Positions 18,510-27,715 of a DNA stretch of 64,000 bases are shown piece after piece. Source of the stretch: Bacillota bacterium (lineage in GTDB: Bacteria; Bacillota; Sulfobacillia; JAIMAT01). Position 1 is the first letter of the stretch. Each line of letters opens with the position of its first letter. The stretch is taken from positions 6,888-70,887 of the forward strand of contig JASBVM010000001.1 in assembly GCA_029961055.1 (NCBI GenBank), in the 5' to 3' direction. The notes under the pieces are model-generated. The model searched no databases, was not told the DNA's origin, and saw only the letters and a program-made list of their open reading frames with translations. The position numbers and the translations under genes are program-made.

Positions 18510-20510
18510 ATGCCGCTTCTGGAGCTGGAGGACGTGGGCTGGTGGGCCGGCGACCGGCCGGTGCTCGAGGGTGTCTCGGCGGCCGTGGAACCCCGGCAGC
18601 GGATCGGCGTGGTCGGGCGCAACGGCGGCGGGAAGAGCACCCTTCTCCGGCTGATGGCCGGCGAGCTCCTTCCCGACGAGGGGAGCGTCCGGCGCCGCCC
18701 CGGCCTGCGCGTCCGCTACGTGCGCCAGGAGGCCGGGACCGCCGACGGGCGCAGTGCCTGGGAGCGGGCCGAGGCCGCCTTCGCGGAGCTGAGACGGCTG
18801 GAGGCGGAGATGCACCGCCTCGAGATCGAGCTGGCCGAGGGCCGTGCCTCCCCCGCCGACCTGGAGCGCTACGGCCTCGTCCAGGCGCGCTTCCAGAGTG
18901 CGGGCGGGTGGAGCTACCGGAACCGGATCGAGACGGTGCTGCGCGGTGTCGGCCTGGCCGAGTCGCGCTGGCGCCTGCCCTCGCGGGAGTTGAGCGGGGG
19001 CGAGCGCGTCCGCCTGGAGCTGGCGGCGGCGCTTCTCGATCCCGGTGACGTCCTGCTCCTGGACGAACCCACCAACCACCTGGACCTGGAGGCGGTCGCC
19101 TGGCTGGAGGAAGCGCTCCAGGCCCTTCCTGCGGCGGTGGTGGTGGTCGCTCACGACCGCCACCTGCTCGACCGCGTCCCCTCCGTCACCTGGGAGGTGG
19201 CCGGCGGCCGCCTCCGCACCTACCCGGGCGGCTACTCGCACTACGCGGAGCTGCGCAGGCAGGAGGAACGCCGCCAGGAGGCGGAGGAGGGGCGACGCCG
19301 GCGGGAGGCGGCCAGGCTCCGCGCCTTCATCGAGCGGAACCGGGCGGGCCAGCTGGCCCGCCAGGCGAAGAGCCGCGAGAAGCGGCTGGAACGGCTCCTG
19401 GGCGAGTCGGCGGGAGGCGGGGCGAGCGGGCGGGAGCCGGGGGGCGTCCCCCGGCTGGGAGCGGCTGCCGACCGGCTGGCGGTGGCGGGCGCCCTGGCCC
19501 TCCGCCTGGAGAGACTCTCCATCGGGCGCGGCGGCTACCGGGCCGGCCCCTTCTCCGCCGAGCTCCGGGTGGGCGAGCGGGTGGCGGTGGTCGGCCCCAA
19601 CGGCGCGGGCAAGAGCACGCTCCTGGCCACCCTGGCCGGCGCGCTGGAGCCGCTGGGGGGGACGCTCCTGCCCGGGCCCGGGCTGCGCGTCACCTGGCTG
19701 GCCCAGGGGCGCTGGCCGCCCGAGCTGGAGGCGCTGCCGCCGGAGCGATCGCTCCTGGACGCGCTGCTGGAGCTGCGGCCGCTGGACCGCGAGGAGGCGC
19801 ACCGTTGGCTGGCCCGCTTCGGCTGGCCGGGGGAGACGGCGCTCCGGCCGCTGGCGGGCCTCTCGGGAGGTGAGAGGGCGCGGCTCGCCCTGCTGCTGGC
19901 CCTGATGGAGCCGTGCGACCTCCTGCTCCTGGACGAGCCCACCAACCACCTGGACCTGGAGACGCGGGAGGCGCTGGAGCGGACGCTGGCTCGGCTTCCC
20001 GCCGCGCTGGTGGTGGTCAGCCACGATCGGACCTTCCTCACCCATGTCGCCGGCCGCCTCTGGCTGGTGGAGGGGGGACGGATCCGGGAGCTGCCGGAAG
20101 GGACGGCCCTCCTTGCCGGTGAGGGCCTTCCCTGGGCCGCCGGGGCGGCCGCCCGGCCCGCACCCCCCGCCACCGGGTCGGGCGAGGGGCGTGTGCGGGA
20201 GGCGGGCGAGCACGCCGACCGGCGCGGAGGCGCGCAGAGCCGGGAGGCGGCCGCCCGCGGGCGGGCGACGCTCCGGCGGAGGCAGGCGGAGCTGGCCGAG
20301 CTGGAAGCGCGCATCGAGGCGCTGGAGGAGGAGCGGGACCGGCTCCGGGAGCGGCTGACCCGCCCGCCCTCCGCCCAGGAGGAGCTGACCCGCCTGGGCG
20401 AACGGTACCAGGCGCTGGAGGCGGAGCTGGAGAACGCGTACGGCCGCTGGCTCGAGATGGCGGAGGACTCGGCGGCGGAGCTCCCGGGCGGCGAACGGGG
20501 GGCGAAGTGA
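18510..20510 (+). CDS. ABC-F family ATPase (two ABC domains, no permease)
   Basis: 666 aa. It has two Walker A motifs (GRNGGGKST, GPNGAGKST), two signature motifs (LSGGERVR, LSGGERAR) and a charged coiled-coil C-terminus. Confidence 0.85.
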   Translation: MPLLELEDVGWWAGDRPVLEGVSAAVEPRQRIGVVGRNGGGKSTLLRLMAGELLPDEGSVRRRPGLRVRYVRQEAGTADGRSAWERAEAAFAELRRLEAEMHRLEIELAEGRASPADLERYGLVQARFQSAGGWSYRNRIETVLRGVGLAESRWRLPSRELSGGERVRLELAAALLDPGDVLLLDEPTNHLDLEAVAWLEEALQALPAAVVVVAHDRHLLDRVPSVTWEVAGGRLRTYPGGYSHYAELRRQEERRQEAEEGRRRREAARLRAFIERNRAGQLARQAKSREKRLERLLGESAGGGASGREPGGVPRLGAAADRLAVAGALALRLERLSIGRGGYRAGPFSAELRVGERVAVVGPNGAGKSTLLATLAGALEPLGGTLLPGPGLRVTWLAQGRWPPELEALPPERSLLDALLELRPLDREEAHRWLARFGWPGETALRPLAGLSGGERARLALLLALMEPCDLLLLDEPTNHLDLETREALERTLARLPAALVVVSHDRTFLTHVAGRLWLVEGGRIRELPEGTALLAGEGLPWAAGAAARPAPPATGSGEGRVREAGEHADRRGGAQSREAAARGRATLRRRQAELAELEARIEALEEERDRLRERLTRPPSAQEELTRLGERYQALEAELENAYGRWLEMAEDSAAELPGGERGAK

Positions 20511-20514
20511 CGCC

Positions 20515-20826
20515 ATGGCGGAGATGGAGCGCGTCGAGGTGAAGATCTTGGAGCGTCCGTTCGTCCTCCGGGGGACGGCTTCGGCGGAGGAGCTGGAGCG
20601 ACTGGCGGCGGAGACCGACCGGCGGATGCGCGAGATCGCGGAGAAGAACCCGCACCTCTCCGCCCTGCAGGTGGCCGTGCTGGCGGCGCTCAACCTGGCG
20701 GGCGAGCTCGAGGAAGCCAGGCGCCTCAACCGCCGGCTGCAACGAGCGCTGGAGGAGGAGTGGAGCCGCGAGCTCCGCCCGCTGCGCGACGGGTCGGCCG
20801 AGGGCGACCTCCCCTCCTCCGGGTGA
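20515..20826 (+). CDS. zapA: Cell division protein ZapA
   Basis: 103 aa. VEVKILERPFVLRGTASAEELERLAAETDRRMREI...LQVAVLAALNLAGEL follows the ZapA pattern. Confidence 0.8.
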   Translation: MAEMERVEVKILERPFVLRGTASAEELERLAAETDRRMREIAEKNPHLSALQVAVLAALNLAGELEEARRLNRRLQRALEEEWSRELRPLRDGSAEGDLPSSG

Positions 20827-20871
20827 CCGAGCCCAGGGGCCGGCCGCAGCCGGCGGGCGGCCGGGCCATCC

Positions 20872-21891
20872 TCAGCCGGAGACGACGGCCTCCCCCTCCA
20901 GGGCGAGGCGACGGAGCCGCTCCCGCTCCGCTCGCTCGAGCGCGGGGCCGCCCTCCAGGCTGAGGAGCAGCGCGCCCCGCACCGGCTCGCGCGCCGCCCT
21001 GCGGCAGTCGGCGGCGGGCAGCGAGCGGTGGAGCTCCAGGCGGAGCGCGTCCTCCAGCCAGGGGTTCTCGGGTCGGAAGAGTCCCCCGGCCAGCACCACG
21101 GGCAGCGCCGGGCCGCCCACGGGCGCGCTCAGGCCGGCCTGCCGCGCGGCCGCCCGGGCCGAGCCGGCCAGCTTCCTCCCCATCTCCAGCAGCAGCTCCT
21201 GGGCGACGGCGTCGCCCTCGCCGGCCAGGCGGACGACCAGGGGCGGGATGGCGGCCACCAGCCGGAAGACCTCGTCCGAGGGAGCCGCCTGACCTCCGCC
21301 GAGCCGTTCCGCCAGCTCGTCGTAGTCGCGGGCGCCGGTCAGCGCCAGCAGCTCCGGTTCGAGGCGCGTGCCGGCCCCCGAGCCTTCCTCGGAGCGGAAG
21401 GCCGCGTGGAGGGCGGCCCGCGCCAGGTCGATGCCGCCGCCGTAGTTCCCCTGTTCGTATCCCTTGCCGCGGAGGGTGAAGAGGCGGCCGGAGGCGTCCC
21501 GGGCCGCGGCGTTGGCGCCCGTCCCGGCCACCACCGCCACCGCCGGGCCGCCCTCGGGGGCGCCCCCCCAGAGTGCCGCCCAGGTGTCGTTGATCAGCCG
21601 GATCGACCAGCCTGGCAGCGCCTCGGCCAGGAGCGCCGAGACCCGGATGCGCTCCGCCTCCGTGTCCACGCCGGCCAGGGCGAAGGCGGCGGAGACGGGC
21701 GCCTCCGGGCCGCCGCCCGCCGCCGCGATCGCCCGCCCGAGCAGGTCCTTCAGAAGGGCCAGGGCGCGCTCCGGCCCCCAGACCTCGGGGCTCGAGCCCG
21801 CCCCCTCGGCGCGGCCCACCCGCCCGCTCCCGCTCTCCAGCGCCAGCACCCGCGTCCGCGACGCGCCGCCGTCGACGCCCACGTAGATCAC
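20872..21891 (-). CDS. BadF/BadG/BcrA/BcrD-type ATPase (N-acetylglucosamine-kinase-like)
   Basis: Only the last 339 aa of the 799-aa ORF-track entry are homologous. The protein begins VIYVGVDGGASRTRVLAL and contains AVVAGTGANAA. The GTG at 21891 overlaps the TGA of the upstream gene (GTGA). Confidence 0.75.
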   Translation of the reverse strand: MIYVGVDGGASRTRVLALESGSGRVGRAEGAGSSPEVWGPERALALLKDLLGRAIAAAGGGPEAPVSAAFALAGVDTEAERIRVSALLAEALPGWSIRLINDTWAALWGGAPEGGPAVAVVAGTGANAAARDASGRLFTLRGKGYEQGNYGGGIDLARAALHAAFRSEEGSGAGTRLEPELLALTGARDYDELAERLGGGQAAPSDEVFRLVAAIPPLVVRLAGEGDAVAQELLLEMGRKLAGSARAAARQAGLSAPVGGPALPVVLAGGLFRPENPWLEDALRLELHRSLPAADCRRAAREPVRGALLLSLEGGPALERAERERLRRLALEGEAVVSG

Positions 21892-23645
21892 GAGGCGACC
21901 CCCTTGGCCGGCGACGGCCGCCGGGGGGCCTCGGTGACGACGCGGAAGCCCATCCGGCGCGCCCGTTCGACGAAGTAGCGGACGTTCTCGACGCGGGCCG
22001 GACCGCCCAGCGTGCAGCGGTCGAAGGCGCCGTCCAGCGCCACCAGGATCGTCTCCGCCAGGCAGGCCGGGACCAGGCCGGGGCCGTAACCCAGGTCGAT
22101 CTGGAAGCGCGCCTCCCCGGGCAGGGCGACCACGCCGCCCGGTACCACCTCCACGCCCGGGAGCTCGGCCACGGAGGGGTCGACGTCGGCCGGGCGGCCC
22201 ACGTCGTAGAGGAGGGTTCCCGGGCGGACGTGCTCGGGGCGGACCACGGGCTCCACCTGGGAGGTGGCGGTGAAGACCACGTCCGCCTGCCGCAGGAGGG
22301 CGAGATCGGTCCCCGAGACCACCTCCAGGCCGGGAAAGTGGCGGCGGAGGGTGGCCGCCGACCGCTCCAGGCGGTCCAGGCTCGTCCCCAGCATGAGCAG
22401 CCGCCCCACCTGGCCGGCGATGCTGCGGGCGATGCCGAAGCCGACCACACCGTTGGCACCCACCACCGCAGCCGTCGCCTGCGAGAGGTCGAGCCCGCGG
22501 GCGCGGAGCCGCGCCATCACCCGCGGCACCGCCTCCGCCACGGCACCGGCGGTGTAGGCGCCGCCGTTGGTGACGGGGATGGGCGAGCCCTCCTGAACGG
22601 CCGAACCCTTTTCGCCCACCACCGACCAGTAGGCACCCAGCCCGAGCACCGTCGCCCCCAGCTCGCGGGCGAGCCGCGCCGCCTGCCGGGCCCGCCGCAC
22701 GGCCAGGTGCTCGTGGCGTTTGATCTGGGCGGGCAGCATGGGCACGCCCAGGAGGTAGATCCGCGCCCGCTTCCCCGTGGAGGTGAGGATGCCGGAGATC
22801 TCGTCCACCTCCATCGGCCGGATCCGGAGGGCCAACCGTTCCAGCCAGCGCTCCGGCAGGAGCCGCCGCCGGACCAGCGGCGCCAGCCAGCCGAAGCGCC
22901 GCGGCTGCCACCAGTCCTCCGGCGTCATCGGGTGGATCAGGAAGGCGCAGGCGACCTCCTCCGGGTCGGTCTCGGGGAGCGGCCTGCGCTCGCCCAGGCG
23001 GGGTTCGACACCGTCCAGGATGCGGCCGAGGTGCTCCTTCTGCCGCCAGAGGAGGAGCGAGGCGAGGAGCAGGGTGGGCCAGAGGAGGCCGGTGGCGCCC
23101 CCCGCGGCCGCGGCCACCGGCAGCGCCAGGGCGCCCAGGGCCACCGCCAACGAGGGCCAGCCCCAGCGTCCCCCCACCAGCCGGGGGAGCAGGAGCGCGG
23201 CCGCAGCCGCCAGCAGCGGCAGGAGCGCGGCCCCCGCCCCGAGCGAACCGGAGAGGGCCAGGGCCGCCCACCCGCCGGCGGCGGAGGCGGTGCCGCGGCT
23301 ACGCGGCGCCAGCCCGCCCGGCCAGAGGAAGGCGGGCGAGTACAGGTGCCCGGCGGTGACGCCCAGCACCGCCCAGTAGGCGAGATCCCGCCCGACCCGC
23401 GCGGCCAGCCAGACGGCCAGAGCCGCCTTGAGCAGGTCCGGAAGGCCGAAGAGCAGCGGCCAGGCGCTCCCCAGCCGCCGCCTCAGCGTACCCAGGCCCA
23501 GGTTGTAGGGACTCAGCCAGCGGACGTCCGCATGCTTCAGCGCCCACGCCAGGGCGTAGCCCACCGGCAGGGCGCCCCAGGCGAAGGAGGCGGCCAAGGC
23601 CGCGAGGAGCACCGCGGCGCGCAGGAGCAGATCGGACACACGCAC
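21888..23645 (-). CDS. Fusion protein: PlsY-like membrane domain + acyl-ACP-reductase (AAR)-like NAD(P) domain
   Basis: 585 aa. The first ~200 aa are hydrophobic and alignable to PlsY (…DLLKAALAVWLAARVG…, …TAGHLYSP…). The C-terminal ~340 aa align to cyanobacterial AAR (TNGGAYTAGAV, LSQATAAVVGANGVVG, VPACLAETILVALDG). A start at the GTG at 23639 is also possible. Confidence 0.7.
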   Translation of the reverse strand: MRVSDLLLRAAVLLAALAASFAWGALPVGYALAWALKHADVRWLSPYNLGLGTLRRRLGSAWPLLFGLPDLLKAALAVWLAARVGRDLAYWAVLGVTAGHLYSPAFLWPGGLAPRSRGTASAAGGWAALALSGSLGAGAALLPLLAAAAALLLPRLVGGRWGWPSLAVALGALALPVAAAAGGATGLLWPTLLLASLLLWRQKEHLGRILDGVEPRLGERRPLPETDPEEVACAFLIHPMTPEDWWQPRRFGWLAPLVRRRLLPERWLERLALRIRPMEVDEISGILTSTGKRARIYLLGVPMLPAQIKRHEHLAVRRARQAARLARELGATVLGLGAYWSVVGEKGSAVQEGSPIPVTNGGAYTAGAVAEAVPRVMARLRARGLDLSQATAAVVGANGVVGFGIARSIAGQVGRLLMLGTSLDRLERSAATLRRHFPGLEVVSGTDLALLRQADVVFTATSQVEPVVRPEHVRPGTLLYDVGRPADVDPSVAELPGVEVVPGGVVALPGEARFQIDLGYGPGLVPACLAETILVALDGAFDRCTLGGPARVENVRYFVERARRMGFRVVTEAPRRPSPAKGVAS

Positions 23646-23676
23646 CCTCTCCTTCTGGAAAGGCGTCGGCCCGATT

Positions 23677-24738
23677 CTACCTGGATTGCGACGGCTTGGG
23701 CTGGGCCAGGGGATCTTCGGAGAGAAGCCGGGCGAGAGGGAGAATCTGGTATCCGTGCGCCTCGATCCGCCGGATCAGCTCGGGAAGCGCGCGGGCCGTC
23801 TCGGCGGTGGGGTGCATCAGGACGAGCGCGCCGGGGTGCAGCTTCTGCTCGACCCGCTCCAGGATCGCCTCCGGGGAGGGATGCTGCCAGTCGACGGTGT
23901 CGACGGACCAGAGGATCACCTGGTGCCCGGCGGCCAGCGCCTGGTCCAGGACGGCCGGGGTGACCACTCCCCGGTGGGGGCTGAAGTAGAGCGGTCGCCT
24001 TCCCGTCACCGCCAGGATGACCCGGTCGGCCTGGACCACCTGGCGGGCCACCTCCGCCTCGCCCAGGTGCTCGTACTCCACCGTCTGCCAACCGTGGGAG
24101 TCGATCTCCTGCCCGGCGTCGGCGATGGCCTGCGCCAGGCGGGCGTTCTTCTCGGCCCAGCTGCCCACCAGGAAGAAGCTCGCCTGAACGCCCGCCCCCT
24201 GCAGCGCCTCCAGGATGGGCGGCAGGTACTCGTTCCCCCAGGCGACGTTGACCAGCAGGGAGACCGCGCGCCGCTGGGGGTTCCCCTGGTAGATGGGCGC
24301 CGGCGGCAGGTCGTCGAGGTGGACGCGGGGCGGCTGGAGCCGGTAGACGGGGCTGACGCGGGCTCCGTCGGGAGCGCGCAGCGCCGCCTCTACGGTGGCG
24401 GCCACGTCGAGGCGGAGGCCGGCCAGGCCGGGGACCCTTCCTCGCGTGACCGGGTCGATGCGGGCGTCCTCGGGCTGCGAGGAGAGCTGGCGGGACAGCT
24501 GGTCGAGCCAGCGGCGCAACTCCCGCTCGGTCCACCCGCTCACCTCGCGGTCGGCCAGCATGACGCCGGGGCGGACGGTGCGGAAGGGCTGGTCCAGCGG
24601 TCCCGTGGAGGAGCGGGAGGCGGGGCCGATCGGCGCGTCGTGGAGGAAGGCCCAGAGGAGGCCGAAGAGCAGCAGGGCGGCGGCCAGGTGCGCCGCCACG
24701 CGCAGGAGTCGCCGGAAGCTCCTCGCGTCGAAGATCAC
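23677..24738 (-). CDS. Polysaccharide deacetylase family sporulation protein (YlxY/PdaB-like), N-terminal membrane anchor
   Basis: Only the last ~353 aa of the 936-aa ORF-track entry are homologous. GTG at 24738 lies 8 nt after GGGAGG. A TM helix is followed by a NodB domain with LLVNVAWGNEYLPPILEAL…ASFFLVGSWAEK…DSHGW. Confidence 0.8.
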   Translation of the reverse strand: MIFDARSFRRLLRVAAHLAAALLLFGLLWAFLHDAPIGPASRSSTGPLDQPFRTVRPGVMLADREVSGWTERELRRWLDQLSRQLSSQPEDARIDPVTRGRVPGLAGLRLDVAATVEAALRAPDGARVSPVYRLQPPRVHLDDLPPAPIYQGNPQRRAVSLLVNVAWGNEYLPPILEALQGAGVQASFFLVGSWAEKNARLAQAIADAGQEIDSHGWQTVEYEHLGEAEVARQVVQADRVILAVTGRRPLYFSPHRGVVTPAVLDQALAAGHQVILWSVDTVDWQHPSPEAILERVEQKLHPGALVLMHPTAETARALPELIRRIEAHGYQILPLARLLSEDPLAQPKPSQSR

Positions 24739-26087
24739 CGTCGCCAACCTCCCGCCGGGGGGCCGGGTCGTGCGGTGGAGCCGCCGAGAGAGGGTATGGC
24801 GGGAGGGACGCCGGGAGACCTGGCCGCGGACGGGGAGTCGTTCCCGGTGGGAGGGACCGGTAAGATGGGGAGCTGCAAAGGAGGTCGGTGAGGAGTGGAG
24901 TCGGAGGCCACCCGGGTGGTGGTGACCGGCGTCGGCGCCGTCAGCGCGCTGGGAGTGGGTGCGGAGAGGCTCCGCGCCGGCCTGGCGGGCGCATGCGCCG
25001 CCGCCCGCATCGAGGAATGGGACGGCCTGGGGCGGCTGCCGGTGGCGAGGGTGGAGGGTTTCGAGCCGGAGCGCTTCCTCCCGCCCCGGGTCGTGCGGAA
25101 CAACGAGCGCTTCAGCCACCTGGCGGTCGCCGCCGCCGACCTGGCGCTGGAAGAGGCGGCTCTCGACCCGGCGGCGCTGGACCCCTGGCGCGTGGGCGTC
25201 GTCGGCGGAACGACGGTGGGCGGCCCGGGCGAGCTGATCGCCGGGCTGGAGCGGGTCCAGGTGAGCGGCCCGCGGCGGGTCGGCCCGCACACGATCCCGC
25301 GCATCATCCCCAACATCGCGGCCGGTCTGATCGCGGAGAAGCACGGGTTCCGGGGCGTCAACACCACCCTGACCACCGCCTCGGGGGCGGGTCTGGATGC
25401 GCTCGGCACCGCCTTCCTCTCGCTGTCGGAGGGCGAGGCGGACGTGATCCTGGCGGGTGCCAGCGAGTCCTCGCTGGAGCCGCTTCTTCTCGGGCCGCTC
25501 CTGCGCACCGGCGAGCTGAGCCGGAGCGGGGGACGGCCGTTCGACGCGCGCCGCGACGGGGTGACGGCCGGCGAGGGCGCCGCCTGGCTGGTCCTGGAGA
25601 GCCTGGCGCACGCGGAGGCCCGCGGCGCCCGCATCCTGGCCGAGGTGGTGGGCTACGGGCGGGCGCTGGCGACGGGCCCGCTGCTGGACGGCCCGACGCT
25701 GGCCGACGGCCTGGCGCGGGCGATCCGCGCCGCCCTCGACGAGGCCGGCGTGGGCCCGGAGGCGGTGGCGGCGGTGGTCGCTCACGCCGCCGGCTCGCCG
25801 CGGGTCGACCGGGCGGAGGCGGAGGCGTTGCACGCCGTCTTCGGCGGGGCGCTGCCGCCGGTGACGGCGCCCGCGGGGGCGCTGGGCTACACCATGGCCG
25901 CCAGCGGCGCCCTCCAGGCGGCGGTCGCCGTCCTCAGCCTGGCCGCCGGGGAGCTCCCCCCCACGGCCGGCTGGCAGGAAGCCGACCCGTCGCTGGAGCT
26001 CCTCCCGGTCCATGACGGCCCGCATCCGTTGGGCACGCGGCCGGGCCGGCCTCTCCTCCTCTGCACCGCCATCGGCCTGGGCGGCCC

Positions 26088-26863
<776 letters not shown>

Positions 26864-26867
<4 letters not shown>

Positions 26868-27652
26868 GCTGGATCTCGGTCCTGGTGACGCTGGTCTTCG
26901 TCGCCGTGGCGCTGGTGGTCTCCTACCTGCAGCGCCTCGACCTGGAGCGGGATCTGACGGTGGGGGCGGTGCGGGCGCTCCTCCAGCTGCTGGCCATGGG
27001 CTACGTGCTGGAGTTCGTCTTCCGCCTGGCTTCCTGGCCGCTGATCCTCCTGGTGCTGGCGGCCATGGCGGGGGTGGCGGTCCAGAACGCGGGGCAGCGG
27101 GGCGCCGGGCTGCCGCAGCGCTTCCTCCCGCCGGGGGTGGGTATCGTGGTGGCCGAGGCCGTCACCCTCGCCCTCCTGCTGCTCCTCGGTCTGATCCCCG
27201 GGGAGGCGCGCTACGTCATCCCCATCAGCGGCATGATCATCGGCAACAGCATGGTGGCCAGCGGCCTCGTCCTCAACCGCCTGAAGGCGGAGATGCGCGG
27301 GCGCCGGGGGGAGGTGCTCTCCGCGCTGGCGCTGGGCGCCCCGCCCCGGCTGGCGGCGGCGGTCCCGCTGCGCGAATCGGTCCGGGCGGGTATGATCCCC
27401 ACGGTCGACTCGCTCAAGACGGTGGGCATCGTCCAGCTGCCGGGGATGATGACGGGGCTGCTCATCGCGGGCGCCAGCCCGCTCCAGGCGGTCCGCTACC
27501 AGATCCTGGTCATGTTCATGCTCTCCACCTCGGTGGGGGTCGCCTCGATCCTGACGGGCTTGCTGGCCTACCGGCAGTTCTTCAACGCGGCGGAACAGCT
27601 GGTCCTGCCCGCGGAGGCGGAGGCGGCACCCCGGGGGGCGGGACGGCGCTGA
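26864..27652 (+). CDS. ABC transporter permease, UPF0014 (FetB/YbbM-like)
   Basis: GTG at 26864 overlaps the ATPase stop (GTGA). The product is a polytopic membrane protein beginning VSWISVLVTLVFVAVALVVSYLQRLDLE and containing …PISGMIIGNSM…. Confidence 0.8.
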
Positions 27653-27715
27653 CGGGGGAGGAGGACCGCCGCCGGAGCCGATCCCGGGGGCGGAGTCGGG
27701 AGTGAAGCGGCAGTC

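Noticed and set aside
15807-20729. A 1640-aa ORF on the minus strand, the longest in the window.
   Set aside because: It is antisense to pheS, pheT and the ABC-F gene, all of which have strong family signatures. Its translation is Arg/Pro/Gly/Ala low-complexity with no recognisable motifs. This is the expected stop-codon-free shadow ORF of a genome above 70% GC.
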